Shown: piece by piece, positions 33,271 to 42,313 of the stretch | Position numbering within the stretch: the first letter of the stretch is position 1 | How the letters are laid out: the number at the start of each line of letters is the position of its first letter | Sequence record: NZ_KX832927.1 | DNA length: 64,000 nt | DNA from: a plasmid | Reading direction: 5' to 3' (one strand) | Position numbers and translations under genes: made by a program | The notes under the pieces: generated by a model | Database searches by the model: none | Seen by the model: the letters and a program-made list of their open reading frames with translations, nothing else | What the model was told of the DNA's origin: nothing

Positions 33271-34697
33271 TATCTACCTTCCTTACTTCTGATACCGTGC
33301 TGCACCACGGTATGGCGACCGCAATTCACATTCAGGTGATCCCGAACTGCGGCCATGACCGCTGAATGCAATCTGTAATCCACACTCTGCCCAAGCGTTT
33401 CTGTCGCTTGTTCTTTTGCCATCCACGAAACATCAAAGCTATCAGGTATCGACATCAACTCCTGAACCAGATCGACCGATGGCTTGTAAATGCGGCCACC
33501 GTCTTGGATGTACACTGCATCCTTTACCCCACGATCCTGAGACTTGAGGATGGTCGGGCAACTGGTGCTTTCTCTCGTCAAGAACGCAGGCATCCTGCGA
33601 GAAGTTGACTCTCTGGCCTGAATTGACTTCAACACTGTGACGTCAGCACAATCCCCGAGGTGCTTCTCGATCACCGGCCACAATCGTCCACCAGCTCTCT
33701 GCTCAGGTTTCGGTGGAACGAACCCAGGGAAGACCGACGCCACCATGTAATAGCGTTCTCGCCCCTGGTAAGCGCCGAAATCCAGACCGTTCAAGACCAT
33801 CTCAGTGAGGAAGTACCCCATCCGCCGCAGTGTCGTTCCCATCATCGCCCCGGCTCCGGATGCTTTGAAGTTCGGGACGTTTTCCACCAGCACGACGGCA
33901 GGGTTCACGACCTCGATCTGTTTTAGTGCCGGGTAAACCATGTCGAGCATGGTGGAGAGATCCTCAAGAGAACGCTCTTTGTCCCTTGGACTTTTGGCGT
34001 TTGAGTGGTCATCACACCCCAACGAGTAATGGGCCAAACCAATTGGTGGGCACTCCGCCAGCAAGGCTCCAAGGCGATCCAGCTCCAGGTGATGAATGTC
34101 TTCATTCAGCAGGATACGCGGGGAGCTGTTCACCAGCGTATTGAGCGCATGTACTTCACTCAGGTTCCGCCCGGATGCTCTGTCTCTGGCTTCAACTGGA
34201 CGATGCTCCAAAACAATCTCAGCCTTCCAGCCAAGCGCTTCCATAACATGAATGTCTACCCCGCCAGTCAATGCCACAAAGGCACGGAAAGGGCTGGTTT
34301 TTCTGAACCGATCCGCAATGGCAAAGGCTCTGTTTGCGACAGGAGTGAAGACTACTCGGCCTTTTCGCATTTCGACGTGGAAACGCTCTGTATAGCGAGG
34401 GAAGCACTTATCTATGAGCCCTTGTCCAGAAAACTCAATAACGGTTTCCAGCGGGTTGTTGGAGCGACTCTTTGGTTGATACCGGCGCTGATAAACCTGG
34501 TGTGTCTGTAGTTCATCGGTCGCTGGGATCACCGAAAAACCGCCCATCCCCTCCCCTGGCTCAACGGCGATGCCCATACCTGGCTTGAACCCCATAACAT
34601 CCAAAAAGTTGGACGAAACCCTAACCTTGCGTTTATCGCCTACTCGATTGAACGCAAGTTGTTTGGTTACTACGGAGGGGGAGACGATCGGTAACAT
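33270..34697 (-). CDS. dcm: DNA (cytosine-5) methyltransferase-like protein
   Basis: 475 aa with C5-methyltransferase motif order: motif I-like ALTGGVD, ENV motif VLVENVPNF, and QxRxR motif QGRERYY. Motif IV is atypical (LGCDD rather than PCQ). Confidence 0.6.
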   Translation of the reverse strand: MLPIVSPSVVTKQLAFNRVGDKRKVRVSSNFLDVMGFKPGMGIAVEPGEGMGGFSVIPATDELQTHQVYQRRYQPKSRSNNPLETVIEFSGQGLIDKCFPRYTERFHVEMRKGRVVFTPVANRAFAIADRFRKTSPFRAFVALTGGVDIHVMEALGWKAEIVLEHRPVEARDRASGRNLSEVHALNTLVNSSPRILLNEDIHHLELDRLGALLAECPPIGLAHYSLGCDDHSNAKSPRDKERSLEDLSTMLDMVYPALKQIEVVNPAVVLVENVPNFKASGAGAMMGTTLRRMGYFLTEMVLNGLDFGAYQGRERYYMVASVFPGFVPPKPEQRAGGRLWPVIEKHLGDCADVTVLKSIQARESTSRRMPAFLTRESTSCPTILKSQDRGVKDAVYIQDGGRIYKPSVDLVQELMSIPDSFDVSWMAKEQATETLGQSVDYRLHSAVMAAVRDHLNVNCGRHTVVQHGIRSKEGR

Positions 34698-34700
34698 TGG

Positions 34701-35201
34701 TCAACCTCTTTTCTTCTTGTTTTGCTCGCGCTTCACCATTGCTCCAGCAGCTTTCAGAAGTCTCTGGTTCTCCGCCAGCTCCTCTTGGAGTTCCTGAGTA
34801 TCCTCTTCTGTCTGAGGCTTTTTCAGCTCGGCCTCGCAATATTGGACCTCTTCCTGCAAGCTGACTTTCGCAAACTTGAGAGCGGCCAGTCGCGTCGTAT
34901 AAACGCCAAAAGGCAATTCGCCACCTTCCCGGAACTGCTTCAAACACCAGCTCGGTATAGATGGCAACCAACCAAAGTCCCCATTCTTCCGTGACCTTTT
35001 CCCCCACGTAATCCCATCTAACTTTTGGGCAAGATTGACATAGCGTTGATCGCTGGTTGAGTTGCGTCGTTTCTGAATAGAGCGAACTATCCACTCTGTA
35101 ACCTCGACCTTTGCTTTATCATCATCAGAGATGTAATAAAGGGCTGCGTACAACACAGCGCCTTTACGAATGACTGATGGTGGGTATGCCTGGGCTTTCA
35201 T
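34701..35201 (-). CDS. Hypothetical protein
   Basis: 166-aa ORF. Confidence 0.35.
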   Translation of the reverse strand: MKAQAYPPSVIRKGAVLYAALYYISDDDKAKVEVTEWIVRSIQKRRNSTSDQRYVNLAQKLDGITWGKRSRKNGDFGWLPSIPSWCLKQFREGGELPFGVYTTRLAALKFAKVSLQEEVQYCEAELKKPQTEEDTQELQEELAENQRLLKAAGAMVKREQNKKKRG

Positions 35202-35209
35202 CTATCCCC

Positions 35210-35542
35210 CTATCGCTTTTTCTGTCCGACAAGACGGAGATGATCGGCGGCCAAGTCATACTGCTCGTTTTTGTCGCGGCGGCGGAATCTGTCAAAAAAC
35301 TTCCCTCGTGGCAGGGTTTCTTCCATAGCGATCAGGCGGTTCAGCCACACTTCTTGAGGTAGCATCCCTGCTGGAGTCGGCCCGAGCTTACGTCCTTCCT
35401 TGACGTGCTCCATTGTTTGCGTGGCAGTAAAAATCGCACCACCAAACTTTCTCCACTTGAATTGCAGGGGCATATCTGGAGACTCATCCAGCATCAATTT
35501 CTTATTGGTTTGTTCTGTCACGACAATTACTCCACCATCCAT
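35210..35542 (-). CDS. Hypothetical protein
   Basis: 110-aa ORF. Confidence 0.3.
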   Translation of the reverse strand: MDGGVIVVTEQTNKKLMLDESPDMPLQFKWRKFGGAIFTATQTMEHVKEGRKLGPTPAGMLPQEVWLNRLIAMEETLPRGKFFDRFRRRDKNEQYDLAADHLRLVGQKKR

Positions 35543-36051
35543 TCTTCACTAAGCAGGAACGCCCAGCGCTCTTCTGCTTTTTCTGGGTTGTCTTTGGCCT
35601 GTTTGATCATGATCTCGGCGGCGTTAAAGCCTACCTCTCCACTGAACCGGCCCCATGAATGGCTATGCCACTCGCGCATCACACTTCGGCCAAGCGATGC
35701 AAGTTCTGGACTTACACCCTCATGGAGGGCATAGAGCTCCCAAGCATCCCACCCGTATCGTAATAGGTTGTGCCCTGGGGCGTTAAAGGCCTGAGCAGCC
35801 TTGAACCGCTCTCCAGGCTCCTTCCCTCTAACATCCACACCCTGGAGCACCAACCCCATTACCACTTCAATGACCGGCTCGCGTTGCTTCTTTGCCAGCT
35901 CGATGGCAGCCACCAGCATTGCTTTGGCGTCAGCAAATTTCCCATGCCCTTGGCACATACCGCAGGTTTCTTTGGAAGGGGAAAAGTCATAAACACCGGA
36001 ACCAGCACAGAGGCGGCATGTCATGTCAATCATGGGCTCTTCTCTCCTCAT
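35527..36051 (-). CDS. Protein with N-terminal DnaJ-type zinc finger repeats (CxxCxGxG x2)
   Basis: The N-terminus MTCRLCAGSGVYDFSPSKETCGMCQGHGKF has two CxxCxGxG units. Confidence 0.4.
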   Translation of the reverse strand: MRREEPMIDMTCRLCAGSGVYDFSPSKETCGMCQGHGKFADAKAMLVAAIELAKKQREPVIEVVMGLVLQGVDVRGKEPGERFKAAQAFNAPGHNLLRYGWDAWELYALHEGVSPELASLGRSVMREWHSHSWGRFSGEVGFNAAEIMIKQAKDNPEKAEERWAFLLSEEWMVE

Positions 36052-36733
36052 ACTCTTCGATGCGCTCTTTCAGACGCTGAACCACTGGTGCGAGCTCAGG
36101 GATAGCTTCCGCTTCCTCAAGCGTGTATCGCTTGTCTTCCTGGTAATCGACTATTTGAGGAGGCCTTGGCTGTTTAGGGAACTCAGCAAAGTCATTCAGC
36201 GACATCGAGGTAGGAAGTCCTCCTTCAATCTCACCTTTTTCGTTGAGTGACTGGGTGACGATAAGCTGTGTTCCGCCCACCTCGGTATCAAAGCGGTCAT
36301 CAAAGCGCTCACCGATAGTCCAGCCGCCACGGCCAAGAACACAGGTCGTACTCATACGTAGGCGATTGAATGCTTTAGCGTCATCCCAGTTCAAAGGATT
36401 TTCATCCATGAGGAAAAAAGGCGCTTCGTCCCGAACGAACACCTTGGACTTGGCGTTATCGAAGATCGGCCCAAACACCCCCTGCTGGAGGTATGGTTCG
36501 ACCTTCTCTGCAAGATCCTGGTGCCCTTGAGAACGCAGCGCCTCATAGAGCTGGGTGATTGTTTGTTTGCCGGTGCCCGGAAGGCAGGACAATACTGTCT
36601 GCTTTTCCTCGTCACTCAGGCTTACCATTCTGGACAAAAAGCTGACTACCAGCTCGTTGTGCCCATCGACCGTTTCAATGTTGAGCTTGTTCTCGTCCAT
36701 CTTCTTCCTCAGTAATCGGTTCGATAAATTCAA
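36026..36733 (-). CDS. Hypothetical protein
   Basis: 235-aa ORF overlapping its neighbours by a few codons. Confidence 0.35.
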   Translation of the reverse strand: MNLSNRLLRKKMDENKLNIETVDGHNELVVSFLSRMVSLSDEEKQTVLSCLPGTGKQTITQLYEALRSQGHQDLAEKVEPYLQQGVFGPIFDNAKSKVFVRDEAPFFLMDENPLNWDDAKAFNRLRMSTTCVLGRGGWTIGERFDDRFDTEVGGTQLIVTQSLNEKGEIEGGLPTSMSLNDFAEFPKQPRPPQIVDYQEDKRYTLEEAEAIPELAPVVQRLKERIEEYEERRAHD

Positions 36734-37043
36734 TGGAGTCCATGCTTACATGACTGATAATGGCTTTCAGGCCGCAGCAGTCGCATGGTTCAAAGGTCAG
36801 TTCTGATCCCTTGGGAGACTGATGCGTGACCGTTGCCACAGCCCCTAGAGGGATCACCCCCCAGCCGTTTTTTAGTACCCGAGTAGTTCTGACCAGCCGA
36901 CCTTTGTACTCTCGTTTCAGTTTCGGATGCGGCACTACCGCATATCGCTTACTCATTTCGGTCCCCTTGTACCAAAGGCTCGACAACCAGCTCTTGAGCT
37001 TCGTCCCAGTCGGACACCTTTGCATCACCAAACGCAAAGGCAA
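36675..37043 (-). CDS. Hypothetical protein
   Basis: 122-aa ORF. The start may be internal, because it overlaps the downstream ORF. Confidence 0.3.
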   Translation of the reverse strand: MPLRLVMQRCPTGTKLKSWLSSLWYKGTEMSKRYAVVPHPKLKREYKGRLVRTTRVLKNGWGVIPLGAVATVTHQSPKGSELTFEPCDCCGLKAIISHVSMDSIEFIEPITEEEDGREQAQH

Positions 37044-37335
37044 TTCGCATAGCCACTGTCGGCCTGCCTATTTTCATCAAGTAAGCCGCAGCACCGGCAC
37101 ACATCGACTCTTGTCCCGAAGGTGCATAGTTACCCTCTTCATCCCATTCACCACCTGACTTTGAATGCACGGTCTTGTGGCAATGAAACGTCGTCATGTC
37201 GTTTTCAACGATGTCGTTGATGATGCCTTCTAATCGCCCAGGGACCAGCTCGATAGCGCCCTCCTTCCGGAATGGACAGTTGGCGCAAGGTTTCTTCAAA
37301 CGGAGATGATTTGCTTGCTTTGGCATACATATCAC
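36949..37335 (-). CDS. Small Cys/His-rich protein
   Basis: 128 aa containing CANCPF...FHCHKTVH. It is the first gene of the minus-strand cluster downstream of the 37502 palindrome. Confidence 0.35.
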   Translation of the reverse strand: MICMPKQANHLRLKKPCANCPFRKEGAIELVPGRLEGIINDIVENDMTTFHCHKTVHSKSGGEWDEEGNYAPSGQESMCAGAAAYLMKIGRPTVAMRIAFAFGDAKVSDWDEAQELVVEPLVQGDRNE

Positions 37336-37501
37336 TTTTACAGTATCATTTTATGATTCTATGATATAGCCATATTCCGTGTAGTCAATATCTCACTAAC
37401 AATTACTTTCTATCGGACGCTTACGCGCCCATTTTGGGCAGATAGACAAGTTATTTGGGCGTTTGGAGTGTGCGAGGTGGACAGCGGGGAGACTTTCACA
37501 T

Positions 37502-37519
37502 GTGAAAGTTTTGTTTCTT
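37502..37519. promoter_or_regulatory. 18-bp perfect palindrome ACTTTCACATGTGAAAGT, copy 2, about 170 bp upstream of the 37335 operon start
   Basis: Identical to 9256-9273. It shares upstream boxes with that copy (gcccattttgggca, then agcggg(a)gag). Confidence 0.5.
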
Positions 37520-37846
37520 GGTATCGTTTTATTGTCCCTTGATATTATTTTATGATGCTGTAATAATCATAAATAAGGGCCGCATCGCTCTTCGACCTTC
37601 GTTGCAGCCCTTACAACACAATCAAGCAATTAAGGAGCTTTGTTATGCTGCAAGGCAATACTAACACGAATAAGCGCATCCCGCTCGCGGCGTTCATGAA
37701 ATGGCCGCTGGCGAAACGTCAGGACTTCATCGACCGGGAAATGTCCGGTTGCCCCGACTTTATCAAGACGTCTTTGCTTCGGCATTAAGGCGATCAGGCA
37801 GGAAAGCAAAGAACCTCGCTTCGGCGGGGTTCTTCGTTTCTACCTC

Positions 37847-38515
37847 TTGAATGTTTCGTCAGAACAAACTGGAGCGCTTATGTCACCAGAAACACAGCAA
37901 CTTACATCCAAGGCTTTATCTCTCATCGAGCAGTCCCGATACAGAATGGGCACATCTCGGTTTGTTGAGGCCTTTATTGACCAGTGGGCATACTTGCAGA
38001 CTGGCCTATACCCAGCCAAGGAGGAGATCCCGGAAGAACTTCAGCCGGTCGCCTTCGAGCTCTCTCACGTCCTGTCTGCCGCCATTAAGCGCGACCCCAC
38101 CAGCGATGTTTTGGGTTACGTCCTAAGCATGTCTGGCTTCCACAAGAAGGGCACCAATTACTTCCCCACTCCTCCAGAGATTGGCCGCTTGATGTCACTC
38201 ATTGTTGGCTCACAGTCTTCGGCAGACTTTTATGAGCCCTGCTGTGGTTCTGGCATCAACGCCATTCACTGGATGGAAAACCTGATCGAGAACCACGGTC
38301 CCGAAGCATTGAGAGAAGCCTCAATCTACCTGGAAGACATCGATCCGTTGATGGTGAAGTGCTGCATGATCCAGCTATTCCATTATTTCGAGTCCCGCAA
38401 TACCACTCCCAAAACGCTGAGTATCGTCGGCATAGACACCCTTAGCAGACGAACCAAGAACATCGCCTACTACGCCGAAAAACCTCCAGCAACCGCCGCT
38501 ACCGTGGCAGCATAA
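37847..38515 (+). CDS. N6-adenine methyltransferase-like protein, N-terminal half only (SAM-binding motifs, no NPPY/F)
   Basis: 222 aa with NYFPTPPEIGRLM (motif X-like, compare HsdM GQYFTP), EPCCGSG (motif I) and EDIDPLMVKCCMIQL (motif II/III region). The protein ends before any D/NPP(Y/F) catalytic motif. Confidence 0.5.
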   Translation: MNVSSEQTGALMSPETQQLTSKALSLIEQSRYRMGTSRFVEAFIDQWAYLQTGLYPAKEEIPEELQPVAFELSHVLSAAIKRDPTSDVLGYVLSMSGFHKKGTNYFPTPPEIGRLMSLIVGSQSSADFYEPCCGSGINAIHWMENLIENHGPEALREASIYLEDIDPLMVKCCMIQLFHYFESRNTTPKTLSIVGIDTLSRRTKNIAYYAEKPPATAATVAA

Positions 38516-38520
38516 AAAAA

Positions 38521-38546
38521 CCCGCCGATTGGCGGGTTTTGCATTC
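38521..38546 (+). terminator. Rho-independent terminator (cccgcc-gatt-ggcggg plus a T run)
   Basis: Lies immediately 3' of the 37847 gene. Confidence 0.55.
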
Positions 38547-38567
38547 AATGCGCTGCTCTATGGCACC

Positions 38568-38846
38568 TTACAGTTTTCCGTACCGGTTCAAGAACGAAGA
38601 CCTGTCTAAGATCCCCCAGTCTGTCAGCATGTAGTAGCCGGTGGCACCTCGTTCGCCGGTAGACTCCCTGACGAACAAGATATTCATTCCGAACTCATCA
38701 CGCAGGGCAGACAACTGTCTCTTGATCGTTGATTCAGGAATATTTGTTGCCTTGTGAAGGTCTTGGAGACTTGGCTTCTCCGTTTTAGACAGGGCATTCA
38801 CCAAAGCAAATTTTCTTTTCATGTCCTGTGAGATCTTCATATTCAC
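38568..38846 (-). CDS. Small HTH DNA-binding protein, third gene of the par operon
   Basis: 92 aa located directly downstream of parB on the same strand. Confidence 0.45.
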   Translation of the reverse strand: MNMKISQDMKRKFALVNALSKTEKPSLQDLHKATNIPESTIKRQLSALRDEFGMNILFVRESTGERGATGYYMLTDWGILDRSSFLNRYGKL

Positions 38847-38888
38847 CTGTTCTTGACAGGCCCAACCTCTCTGGCTGGGCCTCCTTTA

Positions 38889-40070
38889 TTAGCCTTCGAC
38901 ACTCAGGAGTTCAATGTCTGACACAGGCACATGAACATGCTTTTCCTTGCCTTCGCCATCGAGCGTTTTAACCCAGACAGTAGACGGAACCAGAGCAACA
39001 CGGTCGGTCATGATGACTCCACGTTTGGTCTCGCCATCCAGGTTAACGTTGACAGCAAAAATCAAACTGTCAGCCCGGACGTTCTTCCATTCCTTGTCCT
39101 TCGGCAGAGGAGGAAGAGCATCACCGCCTTCTTCATCTTTGTCCTTGCCGCTGTTATCTGGCTGCTTGACAGGATCTTTGTGCTCACCCTCTTCATCACG
39201 CAAAGGGTCTTCGTCATCATCGTCCTGACCATTGGAATTTTTACCCCCTTCCAGTTCCTCCTGGGCAAGGTTCAGGTCGTCATTCCCGGTTTGTTCCGAC
39301 GTACCATCCCCACCCGAGTTGAGGGATTGCTCGTCGGTGTTGCCAGCGCCAAGCTCATCATTCTGGTGGGAGCCAGTCAGTGGGCCTTTTTCCATTTCGT
39401 CTTTGATACGTTTGGCATCATTCAGCAGCTCACGGCTTTGTTTACGAGTAATCCCGTCAGACATAGCCACCGCGCAGACGGCGCGACATCTTTCTTCATT
39501 CAGATCGAACAAGAGACGAAGGTTATTCAAGGTCTCTGTATCAGAACATACTTCATTATCGTATAACTCACGCACACAGTCAGGTAGCTTGAGCAACGAC
39601 AGATGCGTAGATACGAAAGTGATATTCTTACCGAGCCGATCAGCAATATCCTTTTGCTTCCAACCTTCTTCAATAAACAGGTTTAACGCCTCGGCAATCT
39701 CTACCGGAGTCAAGTCATCCCGCTGGATGTTTTCGATCAGCTCACCAGCAGTCTCGTCCAAGTTGTTCTGGACCTTATCATTCACCACCAAGTCAATGGT
39801 CTCGATACCAGCGTGTTTACACGCTCTCCAACGCCGCTCCCCTTTTTGGATGACGAACTTGCCTTCTTCGTTCTTCGGGAACACGATGATCGGAGACTGC
39901 TGCCCTTCGGTCAGCAAGGTTGCCGCCAGCTCTTCAATGTTACGGAAGCGCTTACGAACCTGGACCTTGGATACAACGTCGTCAACAGGTACGGTAAGAA
40001 CCTCTTTGCCTTTCTTGCCTTTGGCGGCTTTAGCAAGTTCGGACAGGCCTTTTAAATTGTTCAATGCCAT
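38889..40070 (-). CDS. parB: ParB/KorB-family partition protein
   Basis: 393 aa with an N-terminal ParB/Srx fold region (VQVRKRFRNIEELAATLLTEGQQSPII) and a C-terminal acidic low-complexity tail. Confidence 0.75.
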   Translation of the reverse strand: MALNNLKGLSELAKAAKGKKGKEVLTVPVDDVVSKVQVRKRFRNIEELAATLLTEGQQSPIIVFPKNEEGKFVIQKGERRWRACKHAGIETIDLVVNDKVQNNLDETAGELIENIQRDDLTPVEIAEALNLFIEEGWKQKDIADRLGKNITFVSTHLSLLKLPDCVRELYDNEVCSDTETLNNLRLLFDLNEERCRAVCAVAMSDGITRKQSRELLNDAKRIKDEMEKGPLTGSHQNDELGAGNTDEQSLNSGGDGTSEQTGNDDLNLAQEELEGGKNSNGQDDDDEDPLRDEEGEHKDPVKQPDNSGKDKDEEGGDALPPLPKDKEWKNVRADSLIFAVNVNLDGETKRGVIMTDRVALVPSTVWVKTLDGEGKEKHVHVPVSDIELLSVEG

Positions 40071-40073
40071 CGC

Positions 40074-40865
40074 TTAGCCCACCTTCTCTAATAGTTCTTC
40101 CAACACCGCCTCAACTTCTTTGGCCGCGACATGTCCATAGCGAAGCTCCCAGACAGGGATGCCATCAGTCGTCGCCGTATCGAGCGGAGGCCGGTGCATA
40201 ATTTTGTTCTCAAACAACAGATCCGGAACTGTGTTCTCCAGCGACTTGAGGGCTTTGTCGTGATTGACAGAGCGGTCCATGTCGTTGATCACGATGCCCA
40301 GGATCTCCAAATCTTGGTTGTACGCCTCGCGCACACCAATAATCGTGTTCAGGAGACCTTCTACGCCGTCCACAGCGAAGCCAGAGAGCTTTACTGGACA
40401 TGCCACATGGGTAGACATCACCAACGCTGCCACCAGCTTTCTGCCGAGGCTAGGCGGACAATCAATCAGCACGTAGTCGTAGTTCTCAAACAGCTCAGCC
40501 AAATGGCGAGCCGGATTCATGGCCTGGTCAAGAGGCACAGCCTCCATCTCAAACAGATCCGGGTCGTTTTTCGGCGTATGAATGAGGTCTGCACCGCAAG
40601 GGCAGTGCATGACCTCAATGCCGTCCAGCTCGTAAGCGAACAGCTCTGCGGTTTTGGTTCCTGTGAGGATGGGCTCGTAGTCACCATCCTCAAGCTCTCG
40701 TCTGGGGGCCAGTCGAGAGGACGTGTTCCCCTGACCATCCATATCCAAGACCAGCACTTTCTTTTTCTTCTGTAACGCCAGATAAAAGGCCTGCTGGATA
40801 CAGAGGGTACTCTTACCCACTCCGCCTTTCTGGTTGGCGAAGCTGATTACTTTTGCCATACCCAC
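40074..40865 (-). CDS. parA: ParA-family partition ATPase
   Basis: 263 aa with the deviant Walker A NQKGGVGKST. Confidence 0.85.
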   Translation of the reverse strand: MGMAKVISFANQKGGVGKSTLCIQQAFYLALQKKKKVLVLDMDGQGNTSSRLAPRRELEDGDYEPILTGTKTAELFAYELDGIEVMHCPCGADLIHTPKNDPDLFEMEAVPLDQAMNPARHLAELFENYDYVLIDCPPSLGRKLVAALVMSTHVACPVKLSGFAVDGVEGLLNTIIGVREAYNQDLEILGIVINDMDRSVNHDKALKSLENTVPDLLFENKIMHRPPLDTATTDGIPVWELRYGHVAAKEVEAVLEELLEKVG

Positions 40866-40895
40866 CTCTATTTTGGTTTCTCGCAGGTGATCAAG

Positions 40896-40913
40896 ACCAC
40901 CCCCAAACTTTCA
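40896..40913. promoter_or_regulatory. Palindrome ACTTTCACATGTGAAAGA (17/18 match), copy 3, in the parA promoter region
   Basis: Sits 30 bp upstream of the parA start codon on the transcribed side. Confidence 0.45.
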
Positions 40914-40990
40914 CATGTGAAAGATTGTAGCGATCATAAAATGATACTGCAATATCTAATTATGGTTCTGTTAAAACAAACTTTAAACAA

Positions 40991-41013
40991 AAAAACGGCC
41001 ATGAAGGCCGCTT
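40991..41013 (-). terminator. Hairpin cggcc-atgaa-ggccg plus a T run, 3' of the 41033 gene
   Basis: Stem-loop with a T-rich tail on the minus strand. Confidence 0.4.
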
Positions 41014-41032
41014 ATTGACAAGGTTTGTGCTG

Positions 41033-41344
41033 TCAGCGCAATTGATTTGCTGCTCCAAGCCCATTCGCCAATAACTGCATCGCATCGTTGAACAGCGCGG
41101 AGCCCCGTTCCGGTGTGAGCAATTCCGGCATATCTTCTCGCGGCCAAGTACCGGCTACTTGAATGAGCAAACTGGCAGCCCAGTGGATCTGCTTTTCTTC
41201 ACTTTCATCGGCCAGAGTGCATACGACGGGGAAACCGTACTTACGCCCCCAGCGACTCACCTCTTTGAACGATACCAGCTCAGGCTTTTGCAAATCCCGG
41301 CTGTAGGCCTCAGCTATCATGTGGTTCAGTTCTTTAGCGTCCAT
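41033..41344 (-). CDS. Hypothetical protein, the last backbone gene before the resistance island
   Basis: 103-aa ORF. Composition changes and a duplicated ISCR2-flank sequence begin at 41345. Confidence 0.35.
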   Translation of the reverse strand: MDAKELNHMIAEAYSRDLQKPELVSFKEVSRWGRKYGFPVVCTLADESEEKQIHWAASLLIQVAGTWPREDMPELLTPERGSALFNDAMQLLANGLGAANQLR

Positions 41345-41440
41345 TTATCCCACTCTATTGTAAACAAGACATTTTTATCTTTTATATTCAATGGCTTATT
41401 TTCCTGCTAATTGGTAATACCATGAAAAATACCATGCTCA
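41345..41440. repeat. Short sequence duplicated next to the ISCR2 end (compare 45111-45200), probably an ISCR2-associated end remnant upstream of sul2
   Basis: ccactc(t/g)attgtaaacaag and catgaaaaataccatg occur at 41345-41436 and again at 45111-45196. Confidence 0.35.
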
Positions 41441-41650
41441 GAAAAGGCTTAACAATATTTTGAAAAATTGCCTACTGAGCGCTGCCGCACAGCTCCATAG
41501 GCCGCTTTCCTGGCTTTGCTTCCAGATGTATGCTATTCTGCTCCTGCAGCTAATGGATCACCGCAAACAGGTTACTCGCCTGGGGATTCCCTTTCGACCC
41601 GAGCATCCGTATGAGACTCATGCTCGATTATTATTATTATAGAAGCCCCC

Positions 41651-42313
41651 ATGAATAAATCGCTCATCATTTTCGGCATCGTCAACATAACCTCGGACAG
41701 TTTCTCCGATGGAGGCCGGTATCTGGCGCCAGACGCAGCCATTGCGCAGGCGCGTAAGCTGATGGCCGAGGGGGCAGATGTGATCGACCTCGGTCCGGCA
41801 TCCAGCAATCCCGACGCCGCGCCTGTTTCGTCCGACACAGAAATCGCGCGTATCGCGCCGGTGCTGGACGCGCTCAAGGCAGATGGCATTCCCGTCTCGC
41901 TCGACAGTTATCAACCCGCGACGCAAGCCTATGCCTTGTCGCGTGGTGTGGCCTATCTCAATGATATTCGCGGTTTTCCAGACGCTGCGTTCTATCCGCA
42001 ATTGGCGAAATCATCTGCCAAACTCGTCGTTATGCATTCGGTGCAAGACGGGCAGGCAGATCGGCGCGAGGCACCCGCTGGCGACATCATGGATCACATT
42101 GCGGCGTTCTTTGACGCGCGCATCGCGGCGCTGACGGGTGCCGGTATCAAACGCAACCGCCTTGTCCTTGATCCCGGCATGGGGTTTTTTCTGGGGGCTG
42201 CTCCCGAAACCTCGCTCTCGGTGCTGGCGCGGTTCGATGAATTGCGGCTGCGCTTCGATTTGCCGGTGCTTCTGAAGGCTCAAATAAGGAAAACTTATGG
42301 AAAGAAATATTAA
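41651..42313 (+). pseudogene. sul2: sul2 (sulfonamide-resistant dihydropteroate synthase), 3'-truncated after about codon 208
   Basis: MNKSLIIFGIVNITSDSFSDGGRYLAPDAAIAQARKLMAEGADVIDLG...RFDLPVLL is followed by a foreign low-GC tail (KAQIRKTYGKKY*) from about 42275. Confidence 0.85.
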
